Shown: one piece after another, positions 8,886 to 17,591 of the stretch
Layout: each line of letters starts with the position of its first letter
How positions within the stretch are numbered: the first letter of the stretch is position 1
DNA from: an uncultured virus (IMG/VR IMGVR_UViG_3300025096_000011)
Lineage: Duplodnaviria; Heunggongvirae; Uroviricota; Caudoviricetes
Length of the DNA stretch: 20,000 bases
IMG/VR virus record: IMGVR_UViG_3300025096_000011
Direction: 5' to 3' (one strand)
Translations under genes and position numbers: made by a program
The notes under the pieces: model-generated
The model's input: the letters and a program-made list of their open reading frames with translations, nothing else
Told to the model about the DNA's origin: nothing
Database searches by the model: none

Positions 8886-9955
8886 GCAGCACCTCCAGCA
8901 ACACACCCTTGAGCGGGAGTCTTGGTGCAGATCAAGTTTCCTTGCATAGTGAACACAGCAGTCACAACATCTTGGTCACCAACACGTTCCTTGAACTCGC
9001 TAATGGTCGGTGCTTCCGCCATTGCAAACTCCATAAAGTCAGTGTTCAAGAAGTAAGCTGCTCCCTCGTCAGGTGCGTAAGTAGCGCCCGATGCAGGAGT
9101 AGTTGTCATGATTGATGCGTCCAGGTCAAGAGAAGAATAGACCTGAGCGATACCGAGTTCGAGGCCAAGCATTGTGCTCTTTTCAGTCTTGTCTTCGACG
9201 ACTGAAACGCGAACGTTGCTCAACTTATCGTTCTCGAAGTTGGCGAATGTGTCATCATCAAAGATGCACAAGTCTGGACCCTTACCCATTCCACCAGCGT
9301 AGTGAGCGCACTTACGATACAAAGAACGAAGAATCTTCGTACCTGTTGTACCATAAGCACCCATTTCAGCGTACTGGTTGAAGTGGAAGTAAGAAGAAGA
9401 CTTGGTCACATTCTGAACCTTGTCACCTTGGCTGGCAGGGGGTTGCCAGTCGAGAAGACCGTGAGCGACGCCAGTACCGATACCGGTAGAGACGTCACCG
9501 TTCAGAGTGAGCAGACCAGCCAGTTCAGAGGTGTTGAAGACAATACCGCGACTCGTACCTGTAAGTAGGTAAGAGTTGATGTCTGCCTTCGCACCCTCAA
9601 GAACAGTCTTGGGATACTCTTCAATGAGACGGATCACAGCGAGTTTTCCGCTGTTCATCTGAAGTTCTTTCTTGGGAATGTTGATCGCAACAGCGAGCCT
9701 ATGAGGTTCGACCTGGAACTTACGGATCTCTTGACGACGAGTCATGTTAAGAAGTTCGTCACCAACGTAGATACCGACACCACGAGCAGGAGCACCACCA
9801 GAGAAAGTACGCTCGATGAGTGTACCGCTCTCCATTGGAATCCGTGCTTTCTTGTCAAGCGCCTCAAAAAGTTCACTGCTACGAACAAATGAGTTCACCA
9901 GGGGACCACGAAGGTCCTCAAAGGTGGTGTTCAAAAGTTCAGTAGAGATGGACAT
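8882..9955 (-). CDS. Major capsid protein (HK97 fold expected), 357 aa
   Basis: Motifs I...ELQMNSGKLAVIRL, YFLNTDF, DQDV......GNL.C....QG resemble podovirus MCPs of the BPP-1-like type. Size fits, and it is followed by a cement gene and a terminator. Confidence 0.8.
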   Translation of the reverse strand: MSISTELLNTTFEDLRGPLVNSFVRSSELFEALDKKARIPMESGTLIERTFSGGAPARGVGIYVGDELLNMTRRQEIRKFQVEPHRLAVAINIPKKELQMNSGKLAVIRLIEEYPKTVLEGAKADINSYLLTGTSRGIVFNTSELAGLLTLNGDVSTGIGTGVAHGLLDWQPPASQGDKVQNVTKSSSYFHFNQYAEMGAYGTTGTKILRSLYRKCAHYAGGMGKGPDLCIFDDDTFANFENDKLSNVRVSVVEDKTEKSTMLGLELGIAQVYSSLDLDASIMTTTPASGATYAPDEGAAYFLNTDFMEFAMAEAPTISEFKERVGDQDVVTAVFTMQGNLICTKTPAQGCVAGGAA

Positions 9956-9998
9956 TTTGTACCTTAGCTAAGTATGAAAGTAGTTTGATTCAACCGTC

Positions 9999-10056
9999 GC
10001 CTGCCCTGACCAACCCACACGGACCTTTCGGCTACCCGAACAAACTTGGGGGGTGC
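9999..10056 (-). ncRNA. Candidate structured cis-regulatory RNA in the MCP 5' leader
   Basis: Inner hairpin CGG-GUA-GCC-GAAA-GGU-CCG (10038-10020) with a GNRA loop, nested inside CCAA/UUGG and GCACCC/GGGCAGGC pairings. Confidence 0.45.
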
Positions 10057-10064
10057 GTATATTA

Positions 10065-10093
10065 CTTCTACACTACGTATGTGATCTTGACAA
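10065..10093 (-). promoter_or_regulatory. Candidate sigma70-type promoter for the capsid operon (TTGTCA-17 bp-TAGAAG)
   Basis: -35 at 10093-10088 and -10 at 10070-10065 with a 17-bp spacer. It ends just before the structured leader and is overlapped by a 7-bp inverted repeat CTACACT/AGTGTAG (10068-10074/10093-10099). Confidence 0.4.
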
Positions 10094-10125
10094 GTGTAGG
10101 GTCGACTTAATCAACAACATTAGGG

Positions 10126-10278
10126 TTAGCGCTTGTCTTTCGCTTGCTTGCCGCCTTGTTGTTTCTTCTTTAGCTGCTTCATCGTAATCATGAGTAGTTT
10201 ACGCTTACCACGGGGTTCAGACTGTTCGTTTTTCTTGCTGTTACGTGTTGTGTAGCGAACGTCGCTTCCAATAGGCAT
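10126..10278 (-). CDS. Small Lys/Arg/Gln-rich basic protein, 50 aa (MPIGSDVRY...QAKDKR)
   Basis: 3' part of the track's 144-aa ORF. ATG at 10278 has AGGAAG just upstream and avoids overlap with terL. Confidence 0.55.
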   Translation of the reverse strand: MPIGSDVRYTTRNSKKNEQSEPRGKRKLLMITMKQLKKKQQGGKQAKDKR

Positions 10279-10311
10279 AACTACTTCCTGATGTGCTTTA
10301 TCGTACTTCCG

Positions 10312-10320
10312 TGATACCAT
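10312..10320 (+). promoter_or_regulatory. Candidate extended -10 promoter TGATACCAT for the terminase-portal operon
   Basis: cgTGaTACCAT, 18 nt upstream of the terL ATG. Confidence 0.35.
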
Positions 10321-10338
10321 GATCACATAGGTGGTGCA

Positions 10339-12006
10339 ATGGCGCAAACGAAAGCAAGTGTGGAAGGTTCGAGACCAATCGGACTGCCAAGTGGGGCAAA
10401 GCTTGCTCATGTAGACGGACTCAACATGGTCAAGATACAGGCCATGTTCGCCACACCAGACGCATTTGTGTCTATGTGTCAGATTGTGCGTGAAGACGAG
10501 TCTACAGGATACATGAACCCCACACCTACTCAAAAACGGTTGCTGCATGCTGCGGCACAAAACCGCTGGGTCATGGTAAATAAGTTTCGTCAGGCAAAGA
10601 TTACTACAGTTAGTGTCATGCTCTTGTTGCGTGACTGCATGTATCTAAGCGGTGTAAAGGGTACACTGATCGCTGAGCGTCAAGACACTGCCGAGGATGT
10701 GTTCGAGCGAATCTTGTTTGCCTATCATAGATTACCAAGTGATGTAAGGATGCCATTGGCCCCTGGCCGCAAGGCCGGGGCGACCCAAATACATTTCCTG
10801 CACGGTGGAGGCATTAAGGTACTCACAGCAGGTGGGCGCTCCCCTGCGGTCGGTCGATCCATTGACCGTCTCATCATCACAGAGTTTGGTGAAGCGCAGT
10901 GGCAGCGCAAAGCGGCGGTCAACATCTTCCCCACAATCAACAAGCGCCCAAACGCACGGGTCATCTTGGAGTCCACTCCTGGGCGAGCCGGGTCACACCA
11001 CGAACAGATGTGGCACTCTACAATGGAAGGACGTGGCCGCTTTAAGCCTCTGTTCCTAAACTGGTGGGATGACGATAGTTGTCGTGTACCAGCCGAAGGG
11101 TTCGTACCGACAGACTCTGAGATTGCGTACCGAGCACGTCATCCAGGTATGTCTGACGAGAACCTTGCGTTCAGGCGGTTAGGTCTTGAGACTGAGTTTG
11201 TCGGTGACCATAGGTTATTTACATCTAAGTATCCATCCGACCCTTATGATGGTTGGATCGGTTCACTGAACCCCGTCATGCCGGTAGACGTACTCAAGCC
11301 TGCATTGGCCAAGGCAGTCAACGACCCGAGTATCGGTCTGCACGGGTGTAATGAACTCGACCCACCCAAAGCAGGTACCAAGTACATCATCACGGCTGAC
11401 CCTGCTGGCTTCGGCGCACGGGGCGATAAGTCTGCCCTGACCGTGTGGGACGCGCATGAGAGACGTGAGATAGCCTTTTGGGAAGAGCGGGAAGACCCGG
11501 CAAAGTTTGCTCGTCGACTACTCACGGTGCAAAAACATTACAATGGTGGAATGTTAATCGTTGAGTCGAACGCAACAGCCTGTATTGCCATTCTCCGAGA
11601 CTCCGGGGCAAAGAACCTCCTGTGGACCGATCGCAGTCACCCAGGCTGGTACGCCACAGACAAGCGCATCCAAGAAGCAGAGGCACGTCTGGTACGCATG
11701 ATCCGGCAGGGAGACATCGAAGTGCGTAGTCGCGGCCTTTTGCACCAACTTGTGAACTACGATGGTAGTCGCAAGAAACGTGCGAAGGGACTCGATGGCA
11801 CCACACACCACTTCGACCGTGCCCGAACAGCCGTCATGGCCGCTGACATTTTGTCAAAAAGAAAGTTCACCAAAGTACAGGATGAGGTACCATCGTCGAC
11901 GTATGTACCCGGTCAGGTCACCATTAAGGACCTTGACAAGATTAAGCACTCAGAGAAAATGCGTTACAGAAACCCGTACAAACCTGCGTCAAGGTTTGGA
12001 GGTTAA
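10339..12006 (+). CDS. terL: Terminase large subunit, 555 aa
   Basis: Q motif (PTPTQKRL), Walker A-like VNKFRQAKITT, Walker B LIITEFG, motif III ILESTP, and RNase H-like nuclease motifs IITADPA, GDKSA, IVESN, HFDRA. SD AGGTGG. Confidence 0.92.
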   Translation: MAQTKASVEGSRPIGLPSGAKLAHVDGLNMVKIQAMFATPDAFVSMCQIVREDESTGYMNPTPTQKRLLHAAAQNRWVMVNKFRQAKITTVSVMLLLRDCMYLSGVKGTLIAERQDTAEDVFERILFAYHRLPSDVRMPLAPGRKAGATQIHFLHGGGIKVLTAGGRSPAVGRSIDRLIITEFGEAQWQRKAAVNIFPTINKRPNARVILESTPGRAGSHHEQMWHSTMEGRGRFKPLFLNWWDDDSCRVPAEGFVPTDSEIAYRARHPGMSDENLAFRRLGLETEFVGDHRLFTSKYPSDPYDGWIGSLNPVMPVDVLKPALAKAVNDPSIGLHGCNELDPPKAGTKYIITADPAGFGARGDKSALTVWDAHERREIAFWEEREDPAKFARRLLTVQKHYNGGMLIVESNATACIAILRDSGAKNLLWTDRSHPGWYATDKRIQEAEARLVRMIRQGDIEVRSRGLLHQLVNYDGSRKKRAKGLDGTTHHFDRARTAVMAADILSKRKFTKVQDEVPSSTYVPGQVTIKDLDKIKHSEKMRYRNPYKPASRFGG

Positions 12007-12267
12007 ATGGCCAACTACAACGAAATAACGAGCAACCCGTCGAACCGGGCAGCAACTGAAGTAGTTAAGCGCGGCGGTAGAGTCGTCACAGACAAGTCAA
12101 TGGTCGTTGTGACAACCGCAGGTGACCGACTAACTCTTAAACCTGTAGAAATAACCCTAAGAGCCAATAAGATTGTTAGTCGACGACTACAACCTGGCGG
12201 TCAGGTAACAACGAACTACCTACCCCAAATACCCGATCAGGTGTCTTTGATCGAAGGAAGTGACTAA
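12007..12267 (+). CDS. Hypothetical protein, 86 aa
   Basis: SD GGAGGT. Starts immediately after the terL stop and is coupled by TAATG to the next gene. Confidence 0.7.
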   Translation: MANYNEITSNPSNRAATEVVKRGGRVVTDKSMVVVTTAGDRLTLKPVEITLRANKIVSRRLQPGGQVTTNYLPQIPDQVSLIEGSD

Positions 12268-12605
12268 TGGGTAAGGGTAGAGGGATAATGGCCGAGGGCT
12301 TCAAAGACTCAGGTGGCCCTGGTAAGTGGATGATGCGATCACCCAAGGCGTTGTTTAAGAAGGGAAAAACAGCGGAGCAACGCAGCGCTTTTATGATGAC
12401 CGGCAGTTTCGGGGGCTACTCGTCACAAAGAGAGTTATCGACTAAACAGAATGAACTTCTCAGTAAGGCGCTCAGAAAAATGGGGCTTTCGTCATCCCAA
12501 GTAATGGGCGCGACTTACGGCTTAAAAGGAACGCCAAGAGAAGTTATAGAGACTGCGCTGACACGCGCACAGAAGATGCAGGATGGTGGCGGAAACAATG
12601 GATAA
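12267..12605 (+). CDS. Hypothetical basic Gly/Lys/Met-rich protein, 112 aa
   Basis: Translationally coupled on both sides. SD AAGGAAG. Confidence 0.65.
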   Translation: MGKGRGIMAEGFKDSGGPGKWMMRSPKALFKKGKTAEQRSAFMMTGSFGGYSSQRELSTKQNELLSKALRKMGLSSSQVMGATYGLKGTPREVIETALTRAQKMQDGGGNNG

Positions 12606-14319
12606 ACTTAATCAACTTATCGACAAGCACCTATCGTTCTACCAGAAGAACGAAAAGAAGTCGTTTGATCGGGCGCGTAGGTTCTATCGCGGAGACTTCT
12701 TTTCAAACAAAGGAGCCTCGGATCTTGGCGACTCGGGTAACTCACTGCTAAGTTCCAAGAACCTTGTGTACGCCATCGCAGATACTGCGGTATCGGCGCT
12801 ACTTGGGCCCAACCCGGTTGTTGCAGCAAACCCGAGAAACCCGGACAGTGAGGACGCAGCGCCGGCAGTCAACGGTTTTATGGAGTACGTGTTTCACTCC
12901 AACAAGATGCGTAGACGCGCAGCCACGGCACTGATTGATGCCGTTCTCTGTAAGCGCGGTATCTTCAAGACTGGTTGGAGTACCGTAGAAGACCGCCCTG
13001 TCGTCAAGGTAGTCGACCCGAGCGCGCTGTTCTTCGACATGACTGTGCGCGACGTAGACGATGTGCGTTACTGGTTGGAAGCTACAGTCATGCCATGGTC
13101 TGAGTTCAAGGCACGCGTACAATCTGGGCGGTATAAATCCGAAAAGCTTGGGGACATTCGACCCGATCGCTACCCAAGTTGGATGCTCGACCGGTCACAA
13201 AAAGGTCAGACGAACACAGTACGTGATTCGTTTCAATGGGTCACAGTATGGGAATACTACGATCGCCAACGAAACATCGTACAGCACTACGTAAAGCAAG
13301 CTGACGCCGTCGTGTTTGAAGACAAGATCGACTACATTCCATACAGCATGTTCAGCTTGAACCACTCAGGCGTTGACTGTTTGGGTCTCAGCGAAGTCCA
13401 GTTGATTCTCGACCAACAACAAACGGTCAATGATTTGCTCAGTCACATGAAGCAGATCACCTACCTAATGATTCCGAGGATTCTGTACGATGCAGGACGA
13501 ATCACAGAAGAGGATCTGAACAAGGCAGTTGAGTCGTCAACCGGTGCGTTCATTGGTGTAGCGCCTGAGAACAGCGAAGCACTGCGAAACTTAGCCACAT
13601 TGTTTTACCCAATGCCGATGCCTGATTCACCGCAGGGAGTTAAGGAGTTCATCGCTCGACAGGAAGACGATGCAGCTTTTATATCTGCACTTGCTGAGGC
13701 CGCACGGGGACAGGTTACTGGGGCCAGGACCGCGACCGAAATGGCAATCATCGATTCCCAAATGCGGAACCGTCTTGCCACCCGCGAAGGACACCTCAAC
13801 GATTCCCTTCAAGACGTGGCTGCGAAGGCTTTTTACCTCTCGAAACTCTACATGAGTGAGGCCAAGACGGTTCGAGTCTCAGGCGAACGTCGGTGGGATA
13901 CAGTTACAATAGACTCAATCGCAGACGTGCTGGTCGACTTTGAGATGACCACACATCACCCAATGCAACGCAACCCCGCAGTTGTGTTGGAGTCCATGAT
14001 TCAGATGCTTCCGATGCTGGTCCAGAGCCCGCACATTGATGTACGTCAACTGACGGAAGAACTCATCGAAGGTATCGGACTATCGAAGAACGTACTGATG
14101 CCGCCAAAGGATGCTGCAATGAGCGCTGCTGCTGCACAACAACAAGAGTTGATGATCGCAGGTGCTCAGTCGCCAGACGGTGCAAGTCAGGCTCTCACAG
14201 ACACGCAACAGGCTCTCGACGAGAACGTTGTCGAAATAGCCCCAGGGGCAGCACCCGCAGAGGCCGCGCCAGAAGAGGTGTTAGCTGCTGGTGGTGGCGC
14301 ACCGATACGCCAGCAATAG
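12598..14319 (+). CDS. Portal protein (podovirus type), about 573 aa
   Basis: Follows terL. Motifs DAVLCKRGIFKTGW, VDPSALFFD, TVWEYYD and the ARTATE clip signature, with a low-complexity acidic/Ala C-tail. ATG 12598 is preferred over 12583 because of GGTGGCGG upstream. Confidence 0.88.
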   Translation: MDKLNQLIDKHLSFYQKNEKKSFDRARRFYRGDFFSNKGASDLGDSGNSLLSSKNLVYAIADTAVSALLGPNPVVAANPRNPDSEDAAPAVNGFMEYVFHSNKMRRRAATALIDAVLCKRGIFKTGWSTVEDRPVVKVVDPSALFFDMTVRDVDDVRYWLEATVMPWSEFKARVQSGRYKSEKLGDIRPDRYPSWMLDRSQKGQTNTVRDSFQWVTVWEYYDRQRNIVQHYVKQADAVVFEDKIDYIPYSMFSLNHSGVDCLGLSEVQLILDQQQTVNDLLSHMKQITYLMIPRILYDAGRITEEDLNKAVESSTGAFIGVAPENSEALRNLATLFYPMPMPDSPQGVKEFIARQEDDAAFISALAEAARGQVTGARTATEMAIIDSQMRNRLATREGHLNDSLQDVAAKAFYLSKLYMSEAKTVRVSGERRWDTVTIDSIADVLVDFEMTTHHPMQRNPAVVLESMIQMLPMLVQSPHIDVRQLTEELIEGIGLSKNVLMPPKDAAMSAAAAQQQELMIAGAQSPDGASQALTDTQQALDENVVEIAPGAAPAEAAPEEVLAAGGGAPIRQQ

Positions 14320-14328
14320 GAGACTAAA

Positions 14329-15213
14329 ATGGGTGTAGAAAAGAAACCGGGTGCGATCTCAACCGATCAAACCGCTGGAAACGTTTTACAGCGCATGCGA
14401 GAAGATGAGGACGAAGAACAAACAATCTCACTTGGGGGCAAGGGCGAGGCAGGTACAGGCACTGTAACCGTGCCCGAGGGCACCCCAACTCAGCAACGCA
14501 AATACGCGAAAGCTGTACACCTTCGCAAATACCCTGACCTTGCCGAAAAACTAGACGCACAAAAAAGAGAGGTGCAGAAAAGTTTTAGCTTCGATAGCAG
14601 TAAGCCTGGGGCTGGATTGGTATACCAATCTAAAGAAGAAGACAAAGATAAAGAAGCTTTCCGCAAGTTTTTTGAAGAAGCCGACGAACAAACACCTGTG
14701 CACGACGAGCCTCTATCCGAGGAAGACAAGGCAGCGAATGTAGCGATCGAAAAAGAAGACCGAGCAGAGAAGTGGAAAAAAGCTGCGGGGCAGGCAGTCG
14801 AACGCGGCAAAAAACAACCTAAGCGTCAAGGACAGACGGGTGGTGACGAAGAAGATGAGGGCACCAATGGCGGTGGTGATCCGGTGAAAACTTCGGGTGC
14901 CGCTGACGTGAACGCTGAACTCTATGCGCCTCACCTGGAGGGTAGTGAGGACATGACTCCTGAACAACTCATCCAAAAGGCTTTCGACGCAGCAGCAAAG
15001 AACTACGGACAATCATACGAAGACAGACAGCCGTATACCGAAGAGGGTGTAGAGATTGACGGCATCCCGTACTCGAAAGAAACGTATGAATCAGGGGAAG
15101 TGTTTTTAGTGCCTACAGGCGAAGAGGGAGACCTCATGCGTGCTCACGACGACAAAGCACAAAGAGAAAAGTTTAAGGCGAATAAAGCTAAGATGGAGGC
15201 ATTTGGGTTGTAA
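14329..15213 (+). CDS. Hypothetical highly charged (E/D/K-rich) protein, 294 aa
   Basis: SD AGGAG. TAATG coupling to the next gene. Likely disordered. Confidence 0.7.
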   Translation: MGVEKKPGAISTDQTAGNVLQRMREDEDEEQTISLGGKGEAGTGTVTVPEGTPTQQRKYAKAVHLRKYPDLAEKLDAQKREVQKSFSFDSSKPGAGLVYQSKEEDKDKEAFRKFFEEADEQTPVHDEPLSEEDKAANVAIEKEDRAEKWKKAAGQAVERGKKQPKRQGQTGGDEEDEGTNGGGDPVKTSGAADVNAELYAPHLEGSEDMTPEQLIQKAFDAAAKNYGQSYEDRQPYTEEGVEIDGIPYSKETYESGEVFLVPTGEEGDLMRAHDDKAQREKFKANKAKMEAFGL

Positions 15214-15695
15214 TGAGTTTTAGAACAAACAATATCGAATGTACTGGCTGCGACTTCTTTGAATACGAAGTGTTCTACCGCACATCAGAGGGCCCACCCG
15301 ACTGTCCTGAGTGCGGTAGCGAACGTAAGATGAGTTTCAAAGGGTTCAGCTTTGCGATCCACGGCCAGGGCTACGGTTCATTTGCACCAGTCGACTTTGG
15401 TGTCATGGGTAAGGCTGAGACAAAAGAAGACTATGATCGGTGCGTAGCTGCCATTCAAAAGAAGTTCCCCGGCAAGCGCGTCGAGGTATCCCACGAAAGC
15501 GATACGCAAAAAAGCACACGATTAGACGAACTTCGGCACCGTTCCTTCAAGCAACGCAAGAGCCACGGTATTGACGAGAACATGCGTAAGGGTATCCGTG
15601 AGCACCAGAAGCGCCGAGCACAAGAACACTTGGCTGTTGGAAACACAAAGACAAGGATCGCTTCTGCTGCTGACTTAGTAAAAGGCAAAGAGTGA
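15213..15695 (+). CDS. FmdB-like zinc-ribbon protein, 160 aa
   Basis: CTGC...CPECGS zinc ribbon at the N-terminus and a basic C-terminus. Such genes are common after podovirus portals. Confidence 0.7.
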   Translation: MSFRTNNIECTGCDFFEYEVFYRTSEGPPDCPECGSERKMSFKGFSFAIHGQGYGSFAPVDFGVMGKAETKEDYDRCVAAIQKKFPGKRVEVSHESDTQKSTRLDELRHRSFKQRKSHGIDENMRKGIREHQKRRAQEHLAVGNTKTRIASAADLVKGKE

Positions 15696-15883
15696 TACTG
15701 AATGAGAGCAAGCTACGCTACGTGCTCGACATGCCGTATCAAGATGCGTACGTCTATGAGCACATGAGAAGCGGAGAGCGTAGAATACTCACAGGTAAAA
15801 GCATCGCAAGTCATGGGCTGACTCAAGCCTGGAAACTCGCCAAGAAAAAGAAGCCTGCGAAGCAGGAACCAACAACTGACTAA
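15692..15883 (+). CDS. Hypothetical small basic protein, 63 aa
   Basis: GTGA overlap with the upstream stop. Fills the gap in the operon. Confidence 0.5.
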   Translation: MILNESKLRYVLDMPYQDAYVYEHMRSGERRILTGKSIASHGLTQAWKLAKKKKPAKQEPTTD

Positions 15884-15890
15884 TCCTACG

Positions 15891-15899
15891 TGGTATGTT
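15891..15899 (+). promoter_or_regulatory. Candidate extended -10 promoter TGGTATGTT
   Basis: cgTGgTATGTT in the intergenic gap, 26 nt upstream of ATG 15926. Confidence 0.35.
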
Positions 15900-15925
15900 A
15901 CACCACATATATTAAGGAGACTCCC

Positions 15926-16609
15926 ATGCCCACCGATCCCAAAACAGGTAAGAAACTTCCATACGCTGGAGAACCTGGAGCACCCGAAGATGCGCCACCC
16001 ATGCCCGAAGGCGAAGGTGCCGCGCAAGAGGTCATCCCTGATCGTGACTTGGTGCCACTGGCAAATGAGGCCGACTCTTTGATGCTGGGTGACATGCTGA
16101 ACAATGTCGAAGGCGCGTTGGGCCCGCAAGAAACAAGTCCTGCTGACATGACCGAAGAAGACATGGCGGGCGACGACGCAACCATGGACACGAAGCCCCT
16201 CGAAGATATGTTGGGTGTTTCTCCTGAGCGCGCGTCACAAATCTTAGCAGCGGCGCAAATGATGCCTCAGATGGAAGGTAAGTCACCTACAGAGATCGCA
16301 GAAATGCTGGCTGGTGACATGCAACTTCGCATGCAGGTAGAGAAGATTGCTGCGCGTACAGCGGACACAGCGACGGAAGACGCGGCTTTGGAAGCTGATA
16401 TGGCTCCAGCCGAAGAACCACCAGCCGAAGAACCTATGCCTGAAGAGGCTGAAGGTGGCCCATCAATGGCTAAAGCGTTGACCGGTGCCGCTGGTTTTGG
16501 GTCTGCGTCACCCATAGGCGCGAAACTGACTGATGCCGTAGGTGGTGTCTCCGGTATGTTTGGGGCTACCAAGGCCGCGATGAAATCGGCAGTAAAGAAA
16601 TCAAAATAA
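15926..16609 (+). CDS. Hypothetical acidic Pro/Glu/Ala/Met-rich protein, 227 aa (start 15926 rather than 15890)
   Basis: SD TAAGGAG before ATG 15926. N-terminus MPTDPKTGKKLPY, basic C-terminus. Confidence 0.7.
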   Translation: MPTDPKTGKKLPYAGEPGAPEDAPPMPEGEGAAQEVIPDRDLVPLANEADSLMLGDMLNNVEGALGPQETSPADMTEEDMAGDDATMDTKPLEDMLGVSPERASQILAAAQMMPQMEGKSPTEIAEMLAGDMQLRMQVEKIAARTADTATEDAALEADMAPAEEPPAEEPMPEEAEGGPSMAKALTGAAGFGSASPIGAKLTDAVGGVSGMFGATKAAMKSAVKKSK

Positions 16610-16633
16610 CCACTCAAGCAACAAGGGGAAATA

Positions 16634-17590
16634 ATGTTTGAAGAAGACAACGAAGCCGTAGACGAAGCAGTATCCACCGAATCAGTTGAATCGTCGGAGC
16701 CTGTAGAGTCAGTACAAGAATCAGTCGAGGTAGCCTCTGACTCTGTTGAGTCTACCGAAACTGCGGCAGACGCATTGGAAGCAGCACCTGACGTCCTTGA
16801 TTGGAACGGTGAACTTGAGTCAATCCAAAAAGAGGCTTGGTACACCGGACTCGACGAGAACATTCGAGACGTTGTGCAGCGGGGCATGACTGCGAAGTAT
16901 CGCAACTATGAACGCGGTTACACCAAAGCGTTCCAAGAAGCGGCCGTCAAGCGTCGTGCCTTAGACACCAGAGAGAAAGAGATTCGTGACACCGAACTTC
17001 GTGTACAGAAGTGGCTGCATGGTGATGTCGACCCAATGGCTGAGAAGCAACGTGAGATGGAGTTGCTACGCGCTAACCATTCATCTGCGCTCGACACGCT
17101 TCGCAAAGAGCATGAGCAAGCTGTTCTGAAGCAACAAACAAGCCACACGACCACGATTGATGAGTTGATTGCGGCGCGTGAGGCTGCTGAAGAACGTGCG
17201 CGTAACTTTGAGCATGCAGAGGCGCAGCGGGAGCAAGCAGCACTGGATGCCGAAGTAGACAACTTCGAGAGTTGGATTCAGGAAGCTGCGCCTCACGTCT
17301 ACAATGACAAAGACGCGCTGTACGCCTTGTGTGTTCAGGTTGCCAGTAACATTCCGAAGGAATCTGCACTGCGTATGGTTCTTGCTGGATACCCGGCGCC
17401 TGAACCAGAACAGGCACCTGAACCCGCGCCAGTCGAACCAGCACCAGTGCCTGATGCCGTCGAAATGATGAACATGGGTGCGAGCCCTGCGGCCAACACA
17501 ACGGAGCAAACCAACCTTTCGTTCGACGAACGTATGGATCTATTGCGTCGTCAGTACATGGCAGAAGCCGCTACCCAACAAGGCGGATAG
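16634..17590 (+). CDS. Capsid scaffolding protein, 318 aa
   Basis: Acidic E/S-rich disordered N-terminus, YERGYTKAFQEAA motif followed by a long coiled coil, then a Pro-rich linker and a short C-terminal helix. This is the typical podovirus scaffold architecture. SD AAGGGG. Confidence 0.7.
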   Translation: MFEEDNEAVDEAVSTESVESSEPVESVQESVEVASDSVESTETAADALEAAPDVLDWNGELESIQKEAWYTGLDENIRDVVQRGMTAKYRNYERGYTKAFQEAAVKRRALDTREKEIRDTELRVQKWLHGDVDPMAEKQREMELLRANHSSALDTLRKEHEQAVLKQQTSHTTTIDELIAAREAAEERARNFEHAEAQREQAALDAEVDNFESWIQEAAPHVYNDKDALYALCVQVASNIPKESALRMVLAGYPAPEPEQAPEPAPVEPAPVPDAVEMMNMGASPAANTTEQTNLSFDERMDLLRRQYMAEAATQQGG

Positions 17591-17591
17591 T

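Noticed and set aside
8886..8906. Track start MCCWRCC for the cement gene
   Set aside because: It lies inside the MCP gene. ATG 8885 has GGAGGT and ATGA coupling.
8880..8910. Programmed frameshift fusing MCP to the cement protein
   Set aside because: No slippery heptamer near the MCP stop, and the downstream gene has its own strong SD.
10087..10115. Perfect TTGACA on the plus strand
   Set aside because: No acceptable -10 at 16-18 bp. It is explained as part of the CTTGACAAG dyad that contains the minus-strand -35.
10279..10560. N-terminal extension of the 144-aa minus ORF
   Set aside because: It overlaps terL on the opposite strand. The internal ATG at 10278 has an SD.
16267..17509. Long minus-strand ORFs (212, 142, 142 and 114 aa)
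   Set aside because: These are antisense shadows of the low-complexity acidic plus-strand genes.
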